DNA of 63,710 nt, counting the filler, from Nemertoderma westbladi (Eukaryota; Animalia; Xenacoelomorpha), in the NCBI GenBank assembly GCA_032718475.1. It is 4 parts of 4 records of this genome, joined end to end, with 100 filler letters (N's around TTAATTAATTAA, not from the genome) between each part and the next. Parts side by side here need not be neighbours in the genome. Positions count along the whole stretch, not along the records: positions 1 to 19,376 come from JAUCBJ010007811.1; 3 more parts are not named here. One strand, written 5' to 3'. Shown here piece by piece: positions 1 through 11,500 of the stretch; within the stretch, counting starts at the first letter, position 1, and the number at the start of each line of letters is the position of its first letter. The position numbers and the translations under genes were made by a program. A model generated the notes under the pieces. That model saw only the letters and a program-made list of their open reading frames with translations. It made no database searches and was not told the DNA's origin.

Positions 1-2093
1 CTGTCTTTCTTTTTTGATAACTCTTCAATTATCCTTCTAAGTGCCAAAATGGGCTCCATGGTCCCACGACCTTTACGGAACCCATTCTGATTTCCACGTA
101 GCAGTCTCTCAATGGGATCCCTGATGCGATTTAATAGAATTCTATTGTATAGTTTTGCAGCAATCGAGATCAATGAGATTCCCCGAAAAGAACCATAGAG
201 TGTTAGGTTGCCCTTCTTGGGAACTGGCACCAACTTATTTGTTTTCATTTCTTGTGGGACTCTTGTTGTACGGTACATGTCTACTATGATGGGATAGATG
301 AGCTTTAAACACTCAGGTATTTTAAAGACCTCAGGGGGAACACCATCTACTCCACTGGCACGATTGGTCTTAATGCTCTTTGCAGCAGCCTTCACTTCTG
401 CAAAGGAGATATCGCCAATGGGAATATCTGGGAGTACAGACTCAGACACTTTTACTTCTATAAAGTTATCAGGCAATACCCTGTCATTATTGAGGAGCTT
501 TTCAAAGTGGGCTTTCCAACCATTGAGGCGATCGGCTGGTGATTCAGCCTTAACCTTGGTGGTTGGTTGGCTTTTCCGCCCAGTAAGCAGATTGATCGAT
601 TTCCATGCCTGGGATGATTGCCTGCTGTCGTCAGCATCATTGATGGCATCAACCTGTTGGTTTATTAGCTCCTGTAGATTAACAGAGTACTGCCTGTTCA
701 GGGACCTAGATGCAGCTTTAACTGCATTCTTGGCCGCTGTAGTCTGTTTGAGTCGGGACTCTTTCTGCGCCTTATGAAGGTCATTTCGGCACTTCTGAAT
801 TTTGTTGTCAGTCCAGGGGGCCCTTTTCCTGTTTCGAGGGTATACAGGAACTGTTTCTGCAGCTGCTAACTTAACTGCTTCTGTAAAGGCAGTATAGCCC
901 TCACAGTGATCTGCCGCCTCAGAGGCAAGAGCCTCATACCTGTTGCTCAGCTGTAGTGTGAAGCTGGATCTCACACTTGGCTGTTGCAACAGAGAGGACC
1001 AGTCATGCCGTGGCAAGGCAGATTTCGTTGTTCTGCTAGCACGCAGACTAAGTCTTACCTTGGCCACAATAAGGCGGTGATCACTGGAGAAGGGTCGAAG
1101 TGTAAATGCATTACAGTCTTGTATAGAGCTCCTGTATTTCCTACGAAACAGAATATGGTCTATCTGGGACTTGTGACCACTGGGTCCACTATGAGTCCAT
1201 AGCTTTCCAGTTCGCTTCTTGAACTGGGTTCCAGCCGAAAACAATCCATTTCCAGAGATAAAATCCTGAAGATGGACAGAATTTCGGTTAACACTATTGC
1301 TATAGACCCAGGGCGATGTAGGTGATTGATGCAGACTTGCATTAAAGTCTCCCAGGAATGTTAAGAATGCATGCTGATCCACTCCATCAGTTGCTGCTTG
1401 TAGATTGTGGTAGAAATTTTCCACCTCCTCTACAGGGGCAACACTAGTTGGAGAGTAGCACACAATCAGAACCACCTTAGGAAACTTCTTAGCCAGTCTT
1501 CCAGAACATGAGAAGTGGCAACGGATGATGCGGTTAGAGATTTGGTCTATTTTGTCCAATGCTGCATGTGCAGTTGGATTCATCAATAGACCAATTCCAC
1601 CATTGCCACTATCATCTGCTGACGCGAGGGCGAGTCGCCAACCGCCCCCCATGTCCTTAATCAGAACCTCATCAGTCTGTCCAGTCTGCATTCGGTGCTC
1701 TTGAACACCCACTGCGCTAAGAGAAAGCTTATCTGCCAAGGCAGTCAGCTCACCTTGTCGCATTGGGGACCCGAGTGTTAGGGTGTTTACTGAGGCTAGT
1801 CTAGTGACTTGCCTCAGATTCACCAATGGCTTTGTTGGTCGGGGCGGAACATGAGAGTAGCCTCCAACTCCAGAATCCCTCTCCCCATCACAATCTGGCC
1901 TCCCTGGTGACCCAGGGTTTGGGCCAGAAAGGTCATCAGGAAAGGGACTCAAAGAATTGTTGGCTGCTCTCTCTCCAGTAGGGGGTGAGACAGGCAGCCG
2001 GTCAGGAGTTAACTGACGCCTGTGAGGCCGATTGTGTCCGGTAATTCCACTGGCCTCTAGTGGCCGGACCTCCGCATTGCTAATGTAATCCAT
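1..2093 (-). CDS. APE endonuclease / reverse transcriptase polyprotein (partial, open to window edge)
   Basis: ATG at 2093, and the frame at 59-3 is the same. Manual translation gives VGVQEHR, GGIGLLM, VCYSPT, LGDFNA, QIDHILF, SDHRLI (APE) and VPVPKKGNL..FRGISLISIAAKLYNRILLNRI..NQNGFRKGRGT (start of RT). Probably missing from the ORF track because no stop lies inside the window. Confidence 0.88.
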   Translation of the reverse strand, partial: MDYISNAEVRPLEASGITGHNRPHRRQLTPDRLPVSPPTGERAANNSLSPFPDDLSGPNPGSPGRPDCDGERDSGVGGYSHVPPRPTKPLVNLRQVTRLASVNTLTLGSPMRQGELTALADKLSLSAVGVQEHRMQTGQTDEVLIKDMGGGWRLALASADDSGNGGIGLLMNPTAHAALDKIDQISNRIIRCHFSCSGRLAKKFPKVVLIVCYSPTSVAPVEEVENFYHNLQAATDGVDQHAFLTFLGDFNASLHQSPTSPWVYSNSVNRNSVHLQDFISGNGLFSAGTQFKKRTGKLWTHSGPSGHKSQIDHILFRRKYRSSIQDCNAFTLRPFSSDHRLIVAKVRLSLRASRTTKSALPRHDWSSLLQQPSVRSSFTLQLSNRYEALASEAADHCEGYTAFTEAVKLAAAETVPVYPRNRKRAPWTDNKIQKCRNDLHKAQKESRLKQTTAAKNAVKAASRSLNRQYSVNLQELINQQVDAINDADDSRQSSQAWKSINLLTGRKSQPTTKVKAESPADRLNGWKAHFEKLLNNDRVLPDNFIEVKVSESVLPDIPIGDISFAEVKAAAKSIKTNRASGVDGVPPEVFKIPECLKLIYPIIVDMYRTTRVPQEMKTNKLVPVPKKGNLTLYGSFRGISLISIAAKLYNRILLNRIRDPIERLLRGNQNGFRKGRGTMEPILALRRIIEELSKKKD

Positions 2094-2577
2094 AGTGGGG
2101 GTTGGGGGGTGCTTTTTTGCCGAGTCAGCTCTCGGGGCAAATACCACACCCTGGTTTGCCATTCCACAGGGTGGGTGTCGCAATGGAGTCAGATATGAGG
2201 CCCATCACCCATATCTACTCTGGCGTACATGACCCACCATTGGCTGTTGCAGCTCATCTGCTGGGTCATGCCCTGTACCCTTGCTGCCAGGTGCAGGTCG
2301 CAGTGAAGTGCCCTCAGAGTGGACATGAGAACACTCTACTCCTAACCAGCCATTGGTAGATCACCATCTGCCTGGTCAGGCCATATACCCCTGCAGCCAA
2401 GTATATGGGTCCTTAATCCAGGACCAAGGGCGTCCTTATCCCAGAACGAAGGGGGTCCTAGTTACAGGACCAGATTTGCCCTAGTAAGAGGGTCTATGCA
2501 GCTACAGGTGGCACCTCCTTTATGCTGCATGGAGGTGGCAAGTTTTCTTGATCAATGACCTAGAATACCTGACCTGA
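1..2577 (-). mobile_element. RTE-clade non-LTR retrotransposon (5' part; continues beyond window start)
   Basis: ~480-nt 5' UTR followed by a single APE+RT ORF on the minus strand. The 5' junction abuts the 69-bp satellite at 2577/2578. Confidence 0.88.
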
Positions 2578-5500
2578 TCAGTTTCTTTTGACCTGGTAGC
2601 TTTGTGGTGGAAGCCATGGCTGGTAAATCTGGTAATCAATCACATATCATTTTCTTTTGACCTGGTAACTTTGTGGTGGAAGCCATGGTTGTTAAATCTG
2701 GTAATCAATCACATCACATGTCATTTTCTTTTGACCTGGTAACTTTGTGGTGGAAGCCATTGTTGGTAAATCTGGTAATCAATCACATATCATTTTCATT
2801 TGACCAGGTAACTTTGCGGTGGAAGCCATTGTTGGTAAATCTGGTAATCAATCACATATCATTTTCTTTTGACCTGGTAACTTTGTGGTGGAAGCCATGG
2901 TTGGTAAATCTGGTAATCAATCACATCACATGTCATTTTCTTTTGACCTGGTAACTTTGTGGTGGAAGCCATGGTTGGTAAATCTGGTAATCAATCACAT
3001 CACATGTCATTTTCTTTTGACCTGGTAAGTTTGTGGTGGAAGCCATTGTTGGTAAATCTGGTAATCAATTACATGTCAGTTTCTTTTGACCTGGTAGCTT
3101 TGTGGTGGAAGCCATGGCTGGTAAATCTGGTAATCAATCTCATGTCATTTTCTTTTGACCTGTTAACTTTGTGGTGGAAGCCATGGTTGGTAAATCTGGT
3201 AATCAATCGCATATAATTTTCTTTTGACCTGGTAACTTTGTGGTGGAAGCCATGGTTGGTAAATCTGGTAATCAATCACATTACATGTGATTTTCTTTTG
3301 ACCTGGTAACTTTGTGGTGGAAGCCATGGTTGGTAAATCTGGCAATCGGTAACTTTGTGGTGGAAGCCATGGTTGGTAAATCTGGTAATCAATCACATCA
3401 CATGTCATTTTCTTTTGTCCTGGTAACTTTGTGGTGGAAGCCATGGTTGGTAAATCTGGTAATCAATCACATCACATGTCATTTTCTTTTGACCTGGTAA
3501 CTTTGTGGTGGAAGCCATTGTTGGTAAATCTGGTAATCAATTACATGTCAGTTTCTTTTGACCTGGTAGCTTTGTGGTGGAAGCCATGGCTGGTAAATCT
3601 GGTAATCAATCACATGTCATTTTCTTTTGACCTGGTAACTTTGTGGTGGAAGCCATGGTTGTTAAATCTGGTAATCAATCACATCACATGTCATTTTCTT
3701 TTGACCTGGTAACTTTGTGGTGGAAGCCATGGTTGGTAAATCTGGTAATCAATCACATCACATGTCATTTTCTTTTGTCCTGGTAACTTTGTGGTGGAAG
3801 CCATTGTTGGTAAATCTGGTAATCAATCACATGTAATTTTCTTTTGACCTGGTAACTTTGTGGTGGAAGCCATGATTGGTAAATCTGGTAATCAATCACA
3901 TCACATGTTATTTTAGATTTTCTTTCGACCTGGTAACTTTGTGGTGGAAGCCATGGTTAGTAGATCTGGTAATCAATATCACATGTCCTACATTATTCCT
4001 TTGACCTGGTAACTTTGTGGTGGAAGCCATTGTTGGTAAATCTGGTAATCAATCACATGTCATTTTCATTTGACCTGGTAACTTTGTGGTGGAAGCCATG
4101 GCTGGTAAATCTGGTAATCAATCACATGTCATTTTCTTTTGACCTGGTAACTTTTTGGTGGAAGTCATGGTTGGTAAATCTGGTAATCAATCACATCACA
4201 TGTCATTTTCGATTTTCTTTCGACCTGGTAACTTTGTGGTGGAAGCCATGGTTAGTAAATCTGGTAATCAATATCACATGTCCTACATTATTCCTTTGAC
4301 CTGGTAACTTTGTGGTGGAAGCCATTGTTGGTAAATCTGGTAATCAATCACATGTCATTTTCTTTTGACCTGGTAACTTTGTGATGGAAGCCATGGTTGG
4401 AAAATCTGGTAATCAATTACATGTCATTTTCTTTGGACCTGGTAACTTTGTGGTGGAAACGATTGTTGGTAAATCTGGTAATCAATCACATCACATGTCA
4501 TTTTCTTTTGACTTGGTAACTTTGTGGTTGAAGCCATGGTTGGTAAATCTGGTAATCAATCACAATGTCCTACAGTATTCCTTTGACCTGGTAACTTTAT
4601 GGTGGAAGCCATTGTTGGTAAATCTGGTAATCAATCACATATCATTTTCTTTTGACCTGGTAACTTTGTGGTGGAAGCCATGGTTGTTAAATCTGGTAAT
4701 CAATCACATGTCATTTTCTTTTGGCCTGGTAACTTTGTGGTGGAAGCCATGGTTTTTAAATCTGGTAATCAATCACATCACATGTCATTTTCTTTTGACC
4801 TGGTAACTTTGTGGTGGAAGCCATTGTTGGTAAATCTGGTAATCAATCACATGTCATTTTCATTTGACCTGGTAACTTTGTGGTGGAAGCCATTGTTGGT
4901 AAATCTGGTAATCAATCACATGTCATTTTCATTTGACCTGGTAACTTTGTGGTGGAAGCCATTTTTGGTAAATCTGGTAATCAATCACATGTCATTTTCA
5001 TTTCACCTGGTAACTTTGTGGTGGAAGCCATTGTTGGTAAATCTCGTAATCAATCACATGTCATTTTCATTTGATCTGGTAACTTTGTGGTGGAAGCCAT
5101 TGTTGGTAAATCTGGTAATCAATCACATGTCATTTTCATTTGACCTAGTAGCTTTGTGGTGGAAGTCATGGTTGGTAAATCTGGTAATCAATCACATCAC
5201 ATGTCATTTTCGATTTTCTTTCGACCTGGTAACTTTGTGGTGGAAGCCATGGTTAGTAAATCTGGTAATCAATCACATCACATGTCATTTTCTTTTGACC
5301 TGGTAACTTTGTGGTGGAAGCCATTGTTGATAAATCTGGTAATCAATCACATGTCATTTTCATTTGACCTAGTAGCTTTGTGGTGGAAGTCATGGTTGGT
5401 AAATCTGGTAATCAATCACATCACATGTCATTTTCGATTTTCTTTCGACCTGGTAACTTTGTGGTGGAAGCCATGGTTAGTAAATCTGGTAATCAATCAC

Positions 5501-8500
5501 ATCACATGTCATTTTCTTTTGACCTGGTAACTTTGTGGTGGAAGCCATTGTTGGTAAATCTGGTAATCAATCGCATATAATTTTCTTTTGTCCTGGTAAC
5601 TTTGTGGTGGAAGCCATTGTTGGTAAATCTGGTAATCAATCACATGTCATTTTCATTTGATCTGGTAACTTTGTGGTGGAAGCCATTGTTGGTAAATCTG
5701 GTAATCAATCACATGTCATTTTCATTTGACCTGGTAGCTTTGTGGTGGAAGCCATGGCTGGTAAATCTGGTAATCAATCACATGTCATTTTCTTTTGACC
5801 TGGTAACTTTGTGGTGGACGTCATGGTTGGTAAATCTGGTAATCAATCACATCACATGTCATTTTCGATTTTCTTTCGACCTGGTAACTTTGTGGTGGAA
5901 GCCATGGTTAGTAAATCTGGTAATCAATATCACATGTCCTACATTATTCCTTTGACCTGGTAACTTTGTGGTGGAAGCCATTGTTGGTAAATCTGGTAAT
6001 CAATCACATGTCATTTTCTTTTGACCTGGTAACTTTGTGGTGGAAGCCATGGTTGGAGAATCTGGTAATCAATTACATGTCATTTTCTTTTGACCTGGTA
6101 ACTTTGTGGTGGAAACCATTGTTGGTAAATCTGGTAATCAATCACATCACATGTCATTTTCTTTTGACTTGGTAACTTTGTGGTTGAAGCCATGGTTGGT
6201 AAATCTGGTAATCAATCACAATGTCCTACAGTATTCCTTTGACCTGGTAACTTTATGGTGGAAGCCATTGTTGGTAAATCTGGTAATCAATTACATGTCA
6301 GTTTCTTTTGACCTGGTAGCTTTGTGGTGGAAGCCATGGCTGGTAAATCTGGTAATCAATCACATATCATTTTCTTTTGACCTGGTAACTTTGTGGTGGA
6401 AGCCATGGTTGTTAAATCTGGTAATCAATCACATCACATGTCATTTTCTTTTGACCTGGTAACTTTGTGGTGGAAGCCATTGTTGGTAAATCTGGTAATC
6501 AATCACATATCATTTTCATTTGACCAGGTAACTTTGTGGTGGAAGCCATTGTTGGTAAATCTGGTAATCAATCACATATCATTTTCTTTTGACCTGGTAA
6601 CTTTGTGGTGGAAGCCATGGTTGGTAAATCTGGTAATCAATCACATCACATGTCATTTTCTTTTGACCTGGTAACTTTGTGGTGGAAGCCATTGTTGGTA
6701 AATCTGGTAATCAATCGCATATAATTTTCTTTTGAACTGGTAACTTTGTGGTGGAAGCCATTGTTGGTAAATCTGGTAATCAATCACATGTCATTTTCAT
6801 TTGACCTGGTAACTTTGTGGTGGAAGCCATGGTTGTTAAATCTGGTAATCAATTACATGTCAGTTTCTTTTGACCTGGTAGCTTTGTGGTGGAAGCCATG
6901 GCTGGTAAATCTGGTAATCAATCACATATCATTTTCTTTTGACCTGGTAACTTTGTGGTGGAAGCCATGGTTGTTAAATCTGGTAATCAATCACATCACA
7001 TGTCATTTTCTTTTGACCTGGTAACTTTGTGGTGGAAGCCATTGTTGGTAAATCTGGTAATCAATCACATATCATTTTCATTTGACCAGGTAACTTTGCG
7101 GTGGAAGCCATTGTTGGTAAATCTGGTAATCAATCACATATCATTTTCTTTTGACCTGGTAACTTTGTGGTGGAAGCCATGGTTGGTAAATCTGGTAATC
7201 AATCACATCACATGTCATTTTGTTTTGACCTGGTAACTTTGTGGTGGAAGCCATGGTTGGTAAATCTGGTAATCAATCACATCACATGTCATTTTCTTTT
7301 GACCTGGTAACTTTGTGGTGGAAGCCATTGTTGGTAAATCTGGTAATCAATCACATGTCATTTTCATTTGACCTGGTAACTTTGTGGTGGAAGCCATTGT
7401 TGGTAAATCTGGTAATCAATCACATGTCATTTTCATTTGACCTGGTAACTTTGTGGTGGAAGCCATTTTTGGTAAATCTGGTAATCAATCACATGTCATT
7501 TTCATTTCACCTGGTAACTTTGTGGTGGAAGCCATTGTTGGGAAATCTCGTAATCAATCACATGTCATTTTCATTTGATCTGGTAACTTTGTGGTGGAAG
7601 CCATTGTTGGTAAATCTGGTAATCAATCACATGTCATTTTCATTTGACCTAGTAGCTTTGTGGTGGAAGTCATGGTTGGTAAATCTGGTAATCAATCACA
7701 TCACATGTCATTTTCGATTTTCTTTCGACCTGGTAACTTTGTGGTGGAAGCCATGGTTAGTAAATCTGGTAATCAATCACATCACATGTCATTTTCTTTT
7801 GACCTGGTAACTTTGTGGTGGAAGCCATTGTTGATAAATCTGGTAATCAATCACATGTCATTTTCATTTGACCTAGTAGCTTTGTGGTGGAAGTCATGGT
7901 TGGTAAATCTGGTAATCAATCACATCACATGTCATTTTCGATTTTCTTTCGACCTGGTAACTTTGTGGTGGAAGCCATGGTTAGTAAATCTGGTAATCAA
8001 TCACATCACATGTCATTTTCTTTTGACCTGGTAACTTTGTGGTGGAAGCCATTGTTGGTAAATCTGGTAATCAATCGCATATAATTTTCTTTTGTCCTGG
8101 TAACTTTGTGGTGGAAGCCATTGTTGGTAAATCTGGTAATCAATCACATGTCATTTTCATTTGATCTGGTAACTTTGTGGTGGAAGCCATTGTTGGTAAA
8201 TCTGGTAATCAATCACATGTCATTTTCATTTGACCTGGTAGCTTTGTGGTGGAAGCCATGGCTGGTAAATCTGGTAATCAATCACATGTCATTTTCTTTT
8301 GACCTGGTAACTTTGTGGTGGAAGTCATGGTTGGTAAATCTGGTAATCAATCACATCACATGTCATTTTCGATTTTCTTTCGACCTGGTAACTTTGTGGT
8401 GGAAGCCATGGTTAGTAAATCTGGTAATCAATATCACATGTCCTACATTATTCCTTTGACCTGGTAACTTTGTGGTGGAAGCCATTGTTGGTAAATCTGG

Positions 8501-11500
8501 TAATCAATCACATGTCATTTTCTTTTGACCTGGTAACTTTGTGGTGGAAGCCATGGTTGGAGAATCTGGTAATCAATTACATGTCATTTTCTTTTGACCT
8601 GGTAACTTTGTGGTGGAAACCATTGTTGGTAAATCTGGTAATCAATCACATCACATGTCATTTTCTTTTGACTTGGTAACTTTGTGGTTGAAGCCATGGT
8701 TGGTAAATCTGGTAATCAATCACAATGTCCTACAGTATTCCTTTGACCTGGTAACTTTATGGTGGAAGCCATTGTTGGTAAATCTGGTAATCAATTACAT
8801 GTCAGTTTCTTTTGACCTGGTAGCTTTGTGGTGGAAGCCATGGCTGGTAAATCTGGTAATCAATCACATATCATTTTCTTTTGACCTGGTAACTTTGTGG
8901 TGGAAGCCATGGTTGTTAAATCTGGTAATCAATCACATCACATGTCATTTTCTTTTGACCTGGTAACTTTGTGGTGGAAGCCATTGTTGGTAAATCTGGT
9001 AATCAATCACATATCATTTTCATTTGACCAGGTAACTTTGTGGTGGAAGCCATTGTTGGTAAATCTGGTAATCAATCACATATCATTTTCTTTTGACCTG
9101 GTAACTTTGTGGTGGAAGCCATGGTTGGTAAATCTGGTAATCAATCACATCACATGTCATTTTCTTTTGACCTGGTAACTTTGTGGTGGAAGCCATTGTT
9201 GGTAAATCTGGTAATCAATCGCATATAATTTTCTTTTGAACTGGTAACTTTGTGGTGGAAGCCATTGTTGGTAAATCTGGTAATCAATCACATGTCATTT
9301 TCATTTGACCTGGTAACTTTGTGGTGGAAGCCATGGTTGTTAAATCTGGTAATCAATTACATGTCAGTTTCTTTTGACCTGGTAGCTTTGTGGTGGAAGC
9401 CATGGCTGGTAAATCTGGTAATCAATCACATATCATTTTCTTTTGACCTGGTAACTTTGTGGTGGAAGCCATGGTTGTTAAATCTGGTAATCAATCACAT
9501 CACATGTCATTTTCTTTTGACCTGGTAACTTTGTGGTGGAAGCCATTGTTGGTAAATCTGGTAATCAATCACATATCATTTTCATTTGACCAGGTAACTT
9601 TGCGGTGGAAGCCATTGTTGGTAAATCTGGTAATCAATCACATATCATTTTCTTTTGACCTGGTAACTTTGTGGTGGAAGCCATGGTTGGTAAATCTGGT
9701 AATCAATCACATCACATGTCATTTTGTTTTGACCTGGTAACTTTGTGGTGGAAGCCATGGTTGGTAAATCTGGTAATCAATCACATCACATGTCATTTTC
9801 TTTTGACCTGGTAAGTTTGTGGTGGAAGCCATTGTTGGTAAATCTGGTAATCAATTACATGTCAGTTTCTTTTGACCTGGTAGCTTTGTGGTGGAAGCCA
9901 TGGCTGGTAAATCTGGTAATCAATCACATGTCATTTTCTTTTGACCTGGTAACTTTGTGGTGGAAGCCATGGTTGGTAAATCTGGTAATCAATCACATCA
10001 CATATCATTTTCTTTTGACCTGGTAACTTTGTGGTGGAAGCCATGGTTGGTAAATCTGGTAATCAATCACATCACATGTCATTTTCTTTTGTCCTGGTAA
10101 CTTTGTGGTGGAAGCCATTGTTGGTAAATCTGGTAATCAATTACATGTCAGTTTCTTTTGACCTGGTAGCTTTGTGGTGGAAGCCATGGCTGATAAATCT
10201 GGTAATCAATCACATGTCATTTTATTTTGACCTGGTAACTTTGTGGTGGAAGTCATGGTTGGTAAATCTGGTAATCAATCACATCACATGTCATTTTCGA
10301 TTTTCTTTCGACCTGGTAACTTTGTGGTGGAAGCCATGGTTAGTAAATCTGGTAATCAATATCACATGTCCTACATTATTCCTTTGACCTGGTAACTTTG
10401 TGGTGGAAGCCATTGTTGGTAAATCTGGTAATCAATCACATGTCATTTTATTTTGACCTGGTAACTTTGTGGTGGAAGCCATTGTTGGTAAATCTGGTAA
10501 TCAATCACATCACATGTCATTTTCTTTTGACCTGGTAACTTTGTGGTGGAAGCCATGGTTAGTAAATCTGGTAATCAATCACATGTCCTACAGTATTCCT
10601 TTGACCTGGTAACTTTGTGGTGGAAGCCATTGTTGGTAAATCTGGTAATCAATCACATCACATGTCATTTTCTTTTGACCTGGTAACTTTGTGGTGGAAG
10701 CCATGGTTAGTAAATCTGGTAATCAATCACATGTCCTACAGTATTCCTTTGACCTGGTAACTTTGTGGTGGAAGCCATGGTTAGTAAATCTGGTAATCAA
10801 TCACATGTCCTACAGTATTCCTTTGACCTGGTAACTTTGTGGTGGAAGCCATGGTTGGTAAATCTGGTAATCATCACATGTCATTTTCATTTGACGTGGT
10901 AACTTTGTGGTGGCGGAAGCCCTTGTTGGTAAATCTGGTAATCAATCACATATCATTTTCATTTGACCAGGTAACTTTGTGGTGGAAGCCATTGTTGGTA
11001 AATCTGGTAATCAATCACATATCATTTTCTTTTGACCTGGTAACTTTGTGGTGGTAGCCATGGTTGGTAAATCTGGTAATCAATCACATCATATGTCATT
11101 TTCTTTTGACCTGGTAACTTTGTGGTGGAAGCCATTGTTGGTAAATCTGGTAATCAATCACATGTCATTTTCATTTGACCTGGTAACTTTGTGGTGGCGG
11201 AAGTCCTTGTTGGTAAATCTGGCAATCAATCACATATCATTTTCATTTGACCAGGTAACTTTGTGGTGGAAGCCATTGTTGGTAAATCTGGTAATCAATC
11301 ACATATCATTTTCTTTTTTTTTTTTTTGGTGCTTGGGTGAGATGATAGTATAATAACATAGTTGATACAATGGATTTCAAATTGCACTATTACACCCTAT
11401 CACCAAATCTGATTTATACAATGAGGTACAGTGATACGGATGTAAGGGGGAAATTCAAAACAGTTGGTTGTTTATGTTGTAGGCCTACTGCAGTACTGGT

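Noticed and set aside
298-2359. Short plus-strand and off-frame ORFs over the LINE
   Set aside because: Antisense or alternate-frame shadows of the RTE element.
2094-2577. HDV-like ribozyme in the RTE 5' UTR
   Set aside because: Known in some RTE elements and several hairpins are present, but I could not assemble a P1/P2/P3/L3 nested pseudoknot by eye.
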